This document shows, one piece after another, positions 1-10,910 of a stretch of 64,000 bases of DNA; within the stretch, counting starts at the first letter, position 1; each line of letters starts with the position of its first letter. Under the pieces are notes generated by a model. It had not been told where the DNA came from, searched no databases, and saw only the letters and a list, made by a program, of their open reading frames with translations. The stretch comes from Mayamaea pseudoterrestris (taxonomy: Eukaryota). A program made the position numbers and the translations under genes. The stretch spans positions 434,001-498,000 of the forward strand of contig BROI01000016.1 of assembly GCA_027923505.1 (NCBI GenBank), read 5' to 3'.

Positions 1-278
1 CCCAAGTGACCACTTCATCCTTCACCAACAATTTTGCACCAACCGGTGGTGCCATTTACGCGTCGGGACAGTTTGAGCTGGAAAACAATGCCTTTAGTGG
101 CAACGCGGCGTCCGAAAGTGGAGCAAACTTGGCGGGTGATGCAAACCTTGCGGGATGCGGCAACGCAGGCTTGTCGGGAACGACGTCGTGTGAGTCGTCG
201 GCGCAAGCAATGGCAATATTTAGTGCTGCGTCGGTGATGGTTGGTGTACTGACGGCAGCTGCAGTGGTGGTACTATAG
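1..278 (+). CDS. 3' end of a surface protein with GGAI/FxxN beta-helix-type repeats and a C-terminal hydrophobic (GPI/TM) tail; partial
   Basis: FTNNFAPTGGAIY and FSGNAA motifs; hydrophobic C-terminus ending at TAG 276-278. Confidence 0.6.
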   Translation, partial: QVTTSSFTNNFAPTGGAIYASGQFELENNAFSGNAASESGANLAGDANLAGCGNAGLSGTTSCESSAQAMAIFSAASVMVGVLTAAAVVVL

Positions 279-804
279 ACTGTTTTGTTGGCGTGTCTTT
301 TGCTCCAAGAGCCATTGAAGTCATCGTGTCGCTAGGCATGGCTTGGCACCCAGAGTGTCTGGTCCTCTGCTTTCATAATCACAAAACGTATCGTACAATA
401 GTTTATGTTACTTATTCTGTACCTATGGTATTACAAATAATGCCGCAGTAGCTGGTCATTCAAGGGCCGCGTCACAACTTTCCCAGCGACTGGATGCAGT
501 GGAATAAATATAGCATGCATAGCAATAAAAAACGTTTGGATTGTACTGTGTTCATAATGTAGTCCAAAGTTATTGACTGTAAACACTTCAATACTGTAAC
601 TACCTGTTAGTATTCGTCGCGTCCGCGGTAACTAAATGGAGAAACGCTACGACACGATTAATCTTCGGCGATTGTCGGCCATGAGGATACAGACCGCTCT
701 GTCGTCTTTCCATTCATTTTACAGTCAGAAAATAGAAGTGAGAGTCATTGCCTATAAGGTCTGAGCCAGCCAGTCTCATCGATACGGACATTGAAAACGT
801 GACA

Positions 805-1995
805 ATGCGTCGCTCCATGATGCATGTTCTACAGCAGCATCCCATTGCAGCCACAAGTAATCTTGCCGTTACAGCTGCATATCATCGAAACCTTTCCAAT
901 TTTAGTCGCATGCTTGATCTGGGTGGAAGTCCGACGGACCATTCCACCAAGCTGGTGCGGACGGTGAACGCCAGCAAGAATAGCAAGATTCAAGCAGTTT
1001 GCTTTGACTTTGACGTCTTGACAATGAGTGACGACGAATCCATGCGCAGCCAAGTTGCAGCGTTGAAACAGAACGATACAAATACAAATAGTACAAGTAC
1101 AAAAGCAAAATCTACGATTCTCCCGGACATGCACTCGGTGCAGCAAGTCGCCAAGCTGCTGAACGTGAACCTCGACTCCTTGAGCGATCCGAGCAAGTCA
1201 GCAGGACGCGGCGACAAACTCTCCGCCAAGGAGGAGCGAGATTTGGAAAGAATGATAGGAGGATCATCCTCAGGAAAAGACGCAAGAGCAGCTGAATCGC
1301 AAAACAAACTAACAGGCCCCAAGAACTACAATCCATTTGACAGTGACATTCGTTCCAAGTATGCCGCAAAACTGGCGCAAAAGGGAGCTTCGCCATCGAC
1401 TTCAGCAGCAAGCGATTCAAGTCGCGGCGACGCGTCCTTTCACTTGGCCGCCCGCGCCGCCGCCGTGGCGGAAACATCCTCCTCGCCCGCTAGCAACCAC
1501 AAGTGGCTCGCGCAGACGGGGACGGGTGCACTGCTGCAGTATTTGACCAAGCGAAGCATTTTCCTCGCGTTACTTCCCAAACCAGTTGATAGTGATGAGA
1601 CAGCCGCAGCACTGTCCTTTCGTGACATGCAGGATTTTGCCAACCAAATCAAGTCGACGGTGGTCATTGACGTGTTGACGCAGCACAAGGGTGCCGGCGA
1701 CAAGGAGAATCAGCGGCAGCAATTATCATCGTCTAGTTCCATTGCTCAGCAACTACTCCAATCCACATTACATGACCTCAATTACGCTAAGGAGCCATCT
1801 AAAGTGTTAATGGTGAGCGATCGAGACGACTATTTAAAGGCCGCCAAAAATTTGTCATGCTTTACCTGTCGCATCCATCGCGCTGGCACGCCCCGCGGAA
1901 ACGTGTCGGCGCACTACACGGTGTCCAGTGTTTCCAAAGTGCAAGGAGTTGTGGATGAAATGAATGGGATCAGCTTTTCGGCACTGCGCCGGTGA
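805..1995 (+). CDS. HAD-superfamily hydrolase-like protein with a long low-complexity insertion
   Basis: Motif I-like AVCFDFD near the N-terminus and motif IV-like LMVSDRDDYLKAA near the C-terminus; first ATG at 805. Confidence 0.55.
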   Translation: MRRSMMHVLQQHPIAATSNLAVTAAYHRNLSNFSRMLDLGGSPTDHSTKLVRTVNASKNSKIQAVCFDFDVLTMSDDESMRSQVAALKQNDTNTNSTSTKAKSTILPDMHSVQQVAKLLNVNLDSLSDPSKSAGRGDKLSAKEERDLERMIGGSSSGKDARAAESQNKLTGPKNYNPFDSDIRSKYAAKLAQKGASPSTSAASDSSRGDASFHLAARAAAVAETSSSPASNHKWLAQTGTGALLQYLTKRSIFLALLPKPVDSDETAAALSFRDMQDFANQIKSTVVIDVLTQHKGAGDKENQRQQLSSSSSIAQQLLQSTLHDLNYAKEPSKVLMVSDRDDYLKAAKNLSCFTCRIHRAGTPRGNVSAHYTVSSVSKVQGVVDEMNGISFSALRR

Positions 1996-2250
1996 TGAAA
2001 CGAATTCTTTGCTATTTAACGCGGTTTGCTGTTTTTCGTTATGCAACGTGTTGCATCAGCTTTCGTAGGATGACCAACATAACATGGCACTCATAGGTTT
2101 GTATTTACAAAAATCTAATGTAGACCAAGTACGGCCAGCCACATCTGACCTAAATGTTTACTCATTGATTTTATGGGCCAGCCACTGCATAGGCGCTCTG
2201 AGTTGATTGATGTAAATAAAAACGCTTATCTATGGAAGTTAGGCGGGGAG

Positions 2251-2608
2251 GTGGTAGGATCAATGGTTTCACAAAGCCTGCAAAGGCATTTGCGCGCTCC
2301 GCGCGCACAAAGCCTGCCAACAGTAGACACAGTAAGTTGACACTGGCCTTTAAAGCAGCCATTTGATGGGTAGATGCTGACAACTTGTCTATGTGGCTGA
2401 AGAAGAGGCTAGGGATTGCAGTAATTGAGGTAATCATTGGCTCCAGTATGAGCATACTCCTGACAGTAAAGTAAAGCAATGCGTTTTGGAATAGCTAACA
2501 CGGTCATTGTGAGGGTCATTGCATGCGCCCAAATTGAAACGTCATGCAGTCGCAGCGGCAGTATCACACAATTAATCTCGTGATGCATGTCCGGATAGAT
2601 CCTACCAC
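2251..2608. mobile_element. ~358 bp non-coding element, copy 1 (MITE-like or LTR-like)
   Basis: Begins GTGGTAGGATC and ends GATCCTACCAC (11 bp inverted repeat); preceded by GGCGGGGAG; alignable along its length to copy 2. Confidence 0.7.
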
Positions 2609-2631
2609 AAACACATTCGCGGGGCGGGGAG

Positions 2632-2977
2632 GTGGTAGGATCAATGGTTTCACAAAGCCTGCAAAGACTTTTGCGCGCTCCGCGCGCACTAACACTGCCA
2701 AAGATTAGACACAGTGGCCTTCAAAGCAACCATTTGATGGGTTGATGCCATCAACGCTTGTCTAAATGGAATTAAAGAAGAGGCAGTAGATTGTAGTAAA
2801 TGAGTGGTAATCAAGGGTTTAAGAGCATACTACTAAAGTAAAGCAACGTGTTTTGGGATAGCTAACACAGTCATTGTGTGGGGTCATTGCATGCGTCAAA
2901 ACATCATGATGTCAAATCTGTCGCAGTGGCAGCCTTCCAATTAATGTCGTGAAGCATGTCCGGATATATCCTACCAC
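2632..2977. mobile_element. ~346 bp non-coding element, copy 2 (diverged tandem copy)
   Basis: GTGGTAGGAT...ATCCTACCAC termini, the same GGCGGGGAG prefix, and internal blocks shared with copy 1. Confidence 0.7.
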
Positions 2978-3055
2978 AATAAGAAAAACCTTATGATCGA
3001 GGGCCAGCCAAGGTTACCTCGGTCTACCACTCACGCTTATCCACGGATTTTCGTC

Positions 3056-4117
3056 TCATTGTAAATCATATCTTTCACGTTTGCTTTTAAATTCAGCGTC
3101 TTTCGCGACAATGTCATTGGAAGAGACACGAAGTGACTCGATGAGGAGGCTGGAGAGAAACAACGAACCTTGCTTTTGCAAAATTGTCGCGGCACGTTTG
3201 TCGTCAAGCATCAGCTTGTAATTGCATGACAACGGCTTGATGCAGCGCTCCTGTAGGCTGGAAAGCTTTGAGTGTTCTGGGTTCTTAACAAGACTAGCCT
3301 CGGCACTGAGCAGATCCAAGGCCGCGGTTGATTCGATAACAGGCAAAAGTGCTTCATTGGTAAGCTCACGAAATGTTGCGAGACTTAGTTCGTTTATCTG
3401 ACAAACAAATCCTATGATACAGCTGGCGTTAGCGTGTTTGTTGCCTTTCTTCAGCACATGAGCCCAAAACTGGGGCTCCGCGTATTCCACAATGGTATGC
3501 ACGCGCGGAAAAATGCCACAAATCATTGTAGCACAGAAATCCACCAAAACTCCAAGCACAACCTTGTTTCGTAGCGTATACGCTTGTTTGTAGTATGTGC
3601 CGCAATTATTCACGTGGAGACTATTCTTGATAAACGCCATTGTCTCATATCGAAGTGCGCCAATATCAAAATACTGAGCCAAACAGTGCAGAACCGTTGC
3701 TGATGTAGAGGTCAGAGAAACCTGCCTCTTGGAAACATCTTGGTATATAAAGTCAAGCATAGTCGGAAAGGCTTCTGCCAAGACCTGCTCCAATTCTATC
3801 TGACTCGTTCGCGTGGAAGACTCACGAAAATCTGACTCGATTCGACAGACACGCTGAAAGTAGCCACTGCTGCGGAGTCCATAGGTGAGTACATTACGAT
3901 GGACATGATACTCGACAACCGTTGCATCTTTATTCTTGTTTTTGGTGATGATGCGAATGGTCCAGTCGCTGTGGCTGACATGAGGATCGAGTCGCCAGTC
4001 GAGAAACATGGCGCCATCTTCTTCACCTGTCGCTTGGTGAGGAGGTTGCATGTCAGACGCTCCCAGCTCCTCGTAGTAATCGTCGTCCACAGGCTTTCCA
4101 GTATCACTTTCCGACAT
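3056..4117 (-). CDS. BTB/POZ-domain protein
   Basis: SDWTIRI...YHVHRNVL...SGYF...AFPTMLDFIY pattern typical of a BTB domain; intact 353 aa ORF. Confidence 0.8.
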   Translation of the reverse strand: MSESDTGKPVDDDYYEELGASDMQPPHQATGEEDGAMFLDWRLDPHVSHSDWTIRIITKNKNKDATVVEYHVHRNVLTYGLRSSGYFQRVCRIESDFRESSTRTSQIELEQVLAEAFPTMLDFIYQDVSKRQVSLTSTSATVLHCLAQYFDIGALRYETMAFIKNSLHVNNCGTYYKQAYTLRNKVVLGVLVDFCATMICGIFPRVHTIVEYAEPQFWAHVLKKGNKHANASCIIGFVCQINELSLATFRELTNEALLPVIESTAALDLLSAEASLVKNPEHSKLSSLQERCIKPLSCNYKLMLDDKRAATILQKQGSLFLSSLLIESLRVSSNDIVAKDAEFKSKRERYDLQ

Positions 4118-4348
4118 GTTGCCAATTTTTTACTAGTAAGTATATTGCGTCAAGTCCTACTGATCGCTTGATTGCTCGTTTGAGAGAAATGGAACTTGCG
4201 CAGAAGTTTTTACGAAATTGGCGAAGTCACGCTGGCGCGCAATTGTCCGTTGGAGTACCGCTATGACAGTTGGGGTCACATCGAAATTTTGTTCTTCGCC
4301 GACCATGACGAAAATGACTTTCGCCATACTTCAACATCCAAGCATAGA

Positions 4349-5761
4349 ATGAGGTCTGCTACAAAGATAAGGGACGCTATTATACTTATCTGCTTGTTTC
4401 CATGGCAATATTCTCTGGCACAAACCTTTATTGATGACGATTCCATCGATTATGTCGGTTGCTTTGCAGACCTTGCTGCGTCCGATGCCAATGGCGACGG
4501 CGTCTTGACCCTTAAAGAGTACGAAACCTTTTTGCAAGCCTACAGTATACGGGCCTGTCATAACATGACCATGACGACTGCCGAGCCGGAGCAATATTTG
4601 GATCAATTGTCTGCCTTCGAAACACTGTCTTGTTCTTGTCGCGTCATTCCAGGCAATCTTCCAACCTGCTGCCTCGGTGAAGCTGCCCGCATCAACATTG
4701 CTGGAGCAACATCTTCAAATGGCAGTAGCAGTATCAATGATGATTATGCCTTTTTACGCTCCATTTGCAAAGTTGTCGACGCAACCATTCCCGAGCCAAA
4801 ATGCCGATTATCCATCATTCCAACACCTGCTCCGTCCGTGACAGACAATGGTGGCACTACCCTTGTTCCATCAATAACTACCACGAGTGGTGACGGCGAA
4901 AGTGATACAAACGCTCCAACTCTTGATTCGTCAACTGCATCCGTTTCGCCCGCTGCTGCTCCGACAATCGCCATTCAACCAGTTGCAGCAGCAGTTCCAC
5001 CAAGTTCAACATCGGAGCCACCTGCTGCCACTGTCGCAACCAAAGCACCAAACACAGTTTCGTCTACTCCAACCAAAAGCATTGACTATGAAAGCTGCTA
5101 CATTGACATGCTGACGGCAGATACAGACTTTGACACGTTTATCAATGCTGACGAATACTTAGGCTTTCTGCAAGCCTACACGTTTCGAGTCTACTGCCAC
5201 GAACTTTTCAGTGACGAGCAACAAGACGAGTCGTCTGCCGATACCTTTGACAGTATTGCCTGCCTATGTGAGCAGGATGCTCCGTCGAGCTGCTGCAATG
5301 ACGTTAACGCCAAAATTGATACGACGGCCATTGTCGTGGCGAAGCGAACGCCCAAGCAAACCAAGTATTTGCAAACAGTCTGCCAACTGACCGACGACGC
5401 TGTCAAAAAGTATGACGAGTGTGCTGGAAGCAGCGGGGAAACAACAGATGGCCCTGCGGCTGTACCCACACCATCTAACATACTGGCCGAGCCGCCCGCC
5501 ATTGCTCCTCCAGCTGCTGAAACACCTTCAAAGGGAACCACCAAGGTTCCAACAGCAGCTGGTAAAACTCCTACTACAATAACTGTGACATCTCCTTCCA
5601 AAGAGACCGCTGCACCCGCGAAGAAGGTGACCAACGCAGCAACCATCACGGAAGAGTTTGCGGAACTAGTGGCGGAATCATCAGCAACGACGAGCAATTC
5701 GAAAACGACGGCAAACATGATACTGCTGCTTGTTGGCGTGCTGGCACTCTGCGTAGTTTAA
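4349..5761 (+). CDS. Secreted, probably GPI-anchored protein with two Cys-rich EF-hand-like modules and Pro/Thr-rich linkers
   Basis: Signal peptide (AIILICLFPWQYSLA); DANGDGVLTLKEY and DTDFDTFINADEY loops within repeated Cys patterns; hydrophobic C-terminus. Confidence 0.75.
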   Translation: MRSATKIRDAIILICLFPWQYSLAQTFIDDDSIDYVGCFADLAASDANGDGVLTLKEYETFLQAYSIRACHNMTMTTAEPEQYLDQLSAFETLSCSCRVIPGNLPTCCLGEAARINIAGATSSNGSSSINDDYAFLRSICKVVDATIPEPKCRLSIIPTPAPSVTDNGGTTLVPSITTTSGDGESDTNAPTLDSSTASVSPAAAPTIAIQPVAAAVPPSSTSEPPAATVATKAPNTVSSTPTKSIDYESCYIDMLTADTDFDTFINADEYLGFLQAYTFRVYCHELFSDEQQDESSADTFDSIACLCEQDAPSSCCNDVNAKIDTTAIVVAKRTPKQTKYLQTVCQLTDDAVKKYDECAGSSGETTDGPAAVPTPSNILAEPPAIAPPAAETPSKGTTKVPTAAGKTPTTITVTSPSKETAAPAKKVTNAATITEEFAELVAESSATTSNSKTTANMILLLVGVLALCVV

Positions 5762-6130
5762 GGAAGAAAGGACATGACGGCCAGGCATGTGCTTAATACA
5801 TCAGTCGACGGCACTAGGGGCACCGAATCAAGCAGCAGAGCAACATTGTCGACTCGTTTTGTACCGCGCTGTGAGTAGTCACAACGCCGACACGCATACC
5901 GCAGCATCTTCCCCAAAGGGATCTTCTATCGATAATACCAACGTTGTTCCTTAGAATAAACATGCCGCCAACATACTGTACCTAAGCGCAACATCTATTT
6001 ATTTATTACATATACGATAGCTAATGTGGAGTCGCAACACGACTCGAATTGGCGAGGCGCGGCAGACCATCAATCGAACATGCCGACGACCTCTCCCTCA
6101 CTGTATCGATAATTGACAGTAATATTTAAC

Positions 6131-7054
6131 ATGCAAATGACGAGAACTGCAGCACAAAAGCTTGTCACTCTGCGTGTATCTCCACGCCTTGGTGGGGACA
6201 GCAATCGTTACCGAAGTTTTTCGTCATCATCACCTTCAACCATCGGTCATCCATTGGCAGTTCCGGCGCCCGACGACTGCGACATTGTGAAAGGACCTTC
6301 CTTGCTACGAACGTCTGCTATACGACCTCGTCCATCATTGCTGCATTTACCAGGTCTGCGATCGTTGCCATTCTGGACGCAGTATGATGCCAAAGAAGGA
6401 GTCAATTTGGTGGCTTACCAGGATGCGTCCATCACTCGCGCCGTCGATCACCTGCAGTCACACTGGAAGACTATTTTAAGGGAATACCAAACCAAGGCAC
6501 CAACTCTCAGGAGTGACTACGAGACTGACACGGAACATTCGCTTCATCAAGGAACATGGGACTGGCATTCCTACATGACCAAGGGCAAGCTACGCGGCGA
6601 CTTTGCCACGCACTTTTCAACTACCTTTAACATACTGCAGACGCTTCGTGACGAGGGATTGCTGTTTGAAAAGACGCCGTTTGGGTATAGCTTTTTTTCG
6701 ACGCTGCATGCCAACTCTAGCATATCGGCGCATTATGCGCCCATGAACTTTCGAGTGCGACTGCACTTGCCATTGATTGTTCCAGCAGCGCCTTCCAAAG
6801 CAAATACATCTGCCAAATCTAAAGACACTAACTATCCAGCTTGTGGTATACGCGTCGGAAACACTGTTCGAGAATGGATACCAGGTCAAGCATTGGTGCT
6901 GGACGATGCGTTTGAGCACCAAGTTTGGAACGATACAGACCAGGAGCGCGTGCTGCTGTTGGTGGACCTTTGGCATCCCGACGTTTCAATGCAGGAGCGA
7001 CAGGAAATTGTGCAGCTCTTTGACCATGCCAAGGCGCAAGGATTCATGTCGTGA
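6131..7054 (+). CDS. Aspartyl/asparaginyl beta-hydroxylase family 2OG-Fe(II) dioxygenase
   Basis: FFSTL...ISAHYAPMNFRVRLHLPL and LDDAFEHQVWN...RVLLLVDLWHPD motifs. Confidence 0.88.
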   Translation: MQMTRTAAQKLVTLRVSPRLGGDSNRYRSFSSSSPSTIGHPLAVPAPDDCDIVKGPSLLRTSAIRPRPSLLHLPGLRSLPFWTQYDAKEGVNLVAYQDASITRAVDHLQSHWKTILREYQTKAPTLRSDYETDTEHSLHQGTWDWHSYMTKGKLRGDFATHFSTTFNILQTLRDEGLLFEKTPFGYSFFSTLHANSSISAHYAPMNFRVRLHLPLIVPAAPSKANTSAKSKDTNYPACGIRVGNTVREWIPGQALVLDDAFEHQVWNDTDQERVLLLVDLWHPDVSMQERQEIVQLFDHAKAQGFMS

Positions 7055-7465
7055 TGAATGGCGAATGGAAATGTGATTCTGTTGCTGCAGTAATCGGAAC
7101 ATGCTAAACGAAAAATATGCAAGCTAACCGCTCCAACTATACAATAGTTTGGATATTCTATATAACCTTCGATATACTGTCTGCTAGCTCTAAACGGGCT
7201 AAAATGAAGCAGATGTTGTCAAAGGCGGCGAGGCGGCTCAAGTAGAGTGATGTCGCACTAACTGTCGGACTGGTTATCGTTTCAACTGAGCTGCGAGCAA
7301 GCCGAGCCTCGCAAGGTCACATTTTCTAGCGCATCTCGCGATGCATGCGGCTGCCTCGATCGCTTTCAGCGATGACGCCCATAACATTCGAGTATCCTAC
7401 GCATACTTCGACGTTCACCGCGCCATGAGACTAGGAAAGAACTGCAGAAATTTCCTGAAAGAACC

Positions 7466-10075
7466 ATGATGAGACGTTTATGTGTGTTAGCAAGCGTCTT
7501 AGCACTCCATCATGGATCGGCTTCGGCAGAGTATTTGCGTGAACGGCGTAGCACAGGAGCGAAGACCTTTAAGGACGACATGGGTTCTTCAACGGATCAT
7601 CAGAGTACCTCTCATGCAATAGAAATGGAGCAGAAGGAACAATTGTCGAGAAGGCTCAAATTGATGGAAGCCAATCCGTTTGATTCATCTTACGATGATT
7701 TTGGTGACTGGGAAACATTTCTGAAAGATCAAATATCGAGCAGCATGAGCATGCCGACGGGAGCTCCTTCTCAACCATCCGCTACCGGTAGACCGACTCA
7801 AGCACCAGTACGAGGTAGTCCAGCTCCCCAGTCTCCGACGCCTCGTCCAACATTGCCAATCACATCAGCTCCGGTATCAGCTCAGCCGATTCTTGCGCCT
7901 GCATCAGCCCCACCGACGAGGCGTCCGACGAGACGTTCACCTCGACCGACTCTTCCACCTGTAGCAACTATTCAGCCGACCAATGCACCACAGACGGCCG
8001 GACCTGCGCCTACTTTGACTCCAGTATTGGTGCCGACGAGTATTCATCCGACGTCGGCGGCTCCAGTCATTACAACGCCAGCTCCAGTCATCGCTACTTC
8101 AGCGCCAGTCCTTACGACGAATGCACCTTCAGTAGCTCCCCCGACGCAAATTACCGCGTTGCCGACTCAAACTCCAATTACAGCAGCCCCAGTCGCCCCA
8201 TCTGCTGCACCATCTGGACAAGGCCCCAGCAACACGCTTCTCGACCTAATACAGTCGACTCCTCGCTACTCCCTATTTGCCCAGGCACTTCAACAATCCG
8301 ATCAAGCGACCATTGTTGATACGGAAGAGCTGACCGTCTTTGTACCACCTAATAGCGAAATGTCTAATCCATACATTACGGAAACGCTCCTCGGTGACCC
8401 CAACTATCGCCTGCACTTGACGAGTTTAGTCCGCAACCATTTGACGAATCAAGGTGTTTACACAACGGCAAACTTGACAAACGGATTGCTGTTGACAATG
8501 CTGGGCAACGAGCAAACGAATGTGACAATTGCAGCGAATGGAAGCATTGTACTTAACACGTTTGCCGCGCGACTGGGATACACGGGTGCTTCGTCGCTTC
8601 GGCGAACCGACGCGGTGGCGTCCAACGGTGTCCTGCACGAAGCTGGAGCCGTTTTGTATCCAGCGTGGTCCTTTTTGAATCTCATGGATTTGCTAGGATT
8701 GCTGGAGAGTAAGTTCAGTACCTTAATTGGGCTTTTGGAGTCGTCGGGACTGGCGCAAACGCTGCAAAACGCCAAGGATATTTCGCTCGTGGCTCCAACC
8801 AACGAGGCATTCGCCGCACTCCCACCGCAAGTCATAACACAACTATCCAATCCGGCAAATGTTGATCAGCTTACTCAAGTTCTTATGTATCATGTCATTC
8901 CTGGTGTCATTGACTTTGAGGAACTACCCACGGGTGAAACAATGTTTGCGACGGAGCAAGGAGAGGACGTGACGATTGGTCGACGACAGCGTCCGAATGG
9001 TTCGATCGATCTCTTTTTCAACGGAAACAGGTCGTCGCTATTCTATTTGACGCAATACAACATTGTCTATGAGTTGGACGCAGTCATGTTGCCGCCAAGT
9101 TACGCAGGAACACTTGCACCAACGTCGGCGCCCGCGCCGTCACCAGCTCCGACTCCAGGAGGTGCGACTCGTACGTTGGCGTCCATTATTGCAAGCAATC
9201 CCAACTATTCAACTCTGTTAGGATTGCTGAAAGACGGAGGTCTATTGACAACGCTGAATCAAACCAACAGTGGACCTTTCACTGTTTACGCTCCAACGAA
9301 TGACGCGTTTGATGCATTGGGGCAAACCTACCTCACTGCCCTGTCGACGGAAGGCTACTCGCTTCATCTTTCCAACCTTTTGTTGGATCACGTACAGAAT
9401 GAACGCGTCAGTACTGCGCAGCTCGTGGATGGACTGGTCCTTACCATGGCCAATGGATTAGCCGTGACCGTATCAAACGACGGAACATCCATTGAACTCA
9501 TCACATCGTCGGTCGAGTTGGGCGAAACGCCGGCCATTAACATTGTACCGCCCGAAGTGAATGCACTGAATGGAGTATTGCATCAAGTTGACAGCGTCAT
9601 TTTACCTGCTTGGTACTTTTTCAACACCTTGGAAGCCTTGGAGGCGCTGCCCGACACGTTTGGCAACCTGACAAGCTTAATTCAGCGAGCTGGGCTGACG
9701 AGTGTTTACTCCAACCTAGTGGGAAGAACCGTTGCAGCTCCAAACAACGCAGCGATTCAAGGTCTTCCAGCAGCTACCTTGGCCTTTCTGACGGATCGTA
9801 CTCGATTGCCAGAGCTGACTGACGTTCTAGTCTACCACGTGATTCAAAATCTTCTTCCGTTCCCAACTCTTCCCGTCGGTTCCTTTGACGCCAATACACT
9901 TCTCGGCGAAGACATTACAGTGACTGTCTCACAAAACGCGGCGGGTGGAAAGCTCTTGTCCTTCAACGGCATTTCAGGTGTCGGTCAAGGCTTTTTCCTG
10001 ACCAAGAACAATTTGATCTACGAGATTGGCGGCGTCCTCATTCCTCCCTCGTTGCAAAATGTCATTCCGATGTAA
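7466..10075 (+). CDS. Secreted fasciclin (four FAS1 domains) with a Pro/Thr-rich mucin-like stalk
   Basis: Signal peptide; FAS1 H1 motifs TVFVPPN, SLVAPTNEAF, TVYAPTNDAF, TVAAPNNAAI; H2 motifs NGVLHE and NGVLHQVDSVI. Confidence 0.92.
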   Translation: MMRRLCVLASVLALHHGSASAEYLRERRSTGAKTFKDDMGSSTDHQSTSHAIEMEQKEQLSRRLKLMEANPFDSSYDDFGDWETFLKDQISSSMSMPTGAPSQPSATGRPTQAPVRGSPAPQSPTPRPTLPITSAPVSAQPILAPASAPPTRRPTRRSPRPTLPPVATIQPTNAPQTAGPAPTLTPVLVPTSIHPTSAAPVITTPAPVIATSAPVLTTNAPSVAPPTQITALPTQTPITAAPVAPSAAPSGQGPSNTLLDLIQSTPRYSLFAQALQQSDQATIVDTEELTVFVPPNSEMSNPYITETLLGDPNYRLHLTSLVRNHLTNQGVYTTANLTNGLLLTMLGNEQTNVTIAANGSIVLNTFAARLGYTGASSLRRTDAVASNGVLHEAGAVLYPAWSFLNLMDLLGLLESKFSTLIGLLESSGLAQTLQNAKDISLVAPTNEAFAALPPQVITQLSNPANVDQLTQVLMYHVIPGVIDFEELPTGETMFATEQGEDVTIGRRQRPNGSIDLFFNGNRSSLFYLTQYNIVYELDAVMLPPSYAGTLAPTSAPAPSPAPTPGGATRTLASIIASNPNYSTLLGLLKDGGLLTTLNQTNSGPFTVYAPTNDAFDALGQTYLTALSTEGYSLHLSNLLLDHVQNERVSTAQLVDGLVLTMANGLAVTVSNDGTSIELITSSVELGETPAINIVPPEVNALNGVLHQVDSVILPAWYFFNTLEALEALPDTFGNLTSLIQRAGLTSVYSNLVGRTVAAPNNAAIQGLPAATLAFLTDRTRLPELTDVLVYHVIQNLLPFPTLPVGSFDANTLLGEDITVTVSQNAAGGKLLSFNGISGVGQGFFLTKNNLIYEIGGVLIPPSLQNVIPM

Positions 10076-10910
10076 AAAGGCGTTTCGGATCATTCTCATA
10101 TATATTCATAACACAAGTAGTTCATAACACAGAATAAGAATAAAGTATTTGTTAACACCGTGAGTGTCTGTGGTGTTCAATCTGGCAGATATTAGCTCTC
10201 TCGAAAGGCGGCTGACGGTGATGGCACTTTAGTACGCACACTTTCGTTCCTGGGCAACCTAACCACTTTTGGACTCTTTCTCGCTTGCAGTGCCAAATAC
10301 GCATATGACGAGACCGATCAATCGCCTTTCGACGCTCTAGCTACTCACTCGTATTGTAGTTATTGGTGGCGTTGATGGGTCTACTGTACCGCAAGAGTGC
10401 GGCGGCTCGGCGCTTCTACGTGACGCTGCTCGAAAAGCTACTCTTCCAAACACTGACTAAAAATCAAAGCTTGCTCAATCTTTGGCGATTTGTTACTGCT
10501 AAAAAAGAAAGTCGTAGCCTTGGTTAAGCTTTGCCGGTCGCGCGACGCTAGCGCGTGACATTGTCACTCATGGGCTACCCCGAGTCACACGAGTGTCAAA
10601 TCTCCATCCAAATGATCAGCATAGTCTGCGCTGTGTTGTATTCAACGTTTCTTGGTAGTATCATGGTAACAACAATAGTGCCAGGTACGTTCACATTACT
10701 TTTGTAGTTGAGAGCGACGAAATAATGACCCTGAAAGATTGTGTTCCATGCTGGACTGGCGCGCACTTTTCATTTTTAACCTACTCTGATTGGATCGCTT
10801 CAAAATGAGGCAATATAAAAGTGCACCGGCTCGCTCACCGAGGCAATACTAAAAATATCGACAAATAGTACCGTTGGCGATCGACTGAAAAATCAAAATC
10901 GTCCGCAACC

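Noticed and set aside
1..278. Horizontal transfer of a chlamydial Pmp gene (GGAI/FxxN)
   Set aside because: These repeats are widespread in protist surface proteins and the fragment is too short to support a transfer claim
2171..2479. 102 aa minus-strand ORF
   Set aside because: It lies in repeat copy 1, starts at a non-ATG codon, and its frame is broken by indels in copy 2
2242..2978. CRISPR-like or other short-repeat array
   Set aside because: There are only two ~350 bp units, homologous throughout, with no unique spacers and no cas genes, in a eukaryotic context
10535..10570. Short palindromes (GTGACA-T-TGTCAC and CGCG-rich)
   Set aside because: Too short to distinguish from chance without expression or motif data
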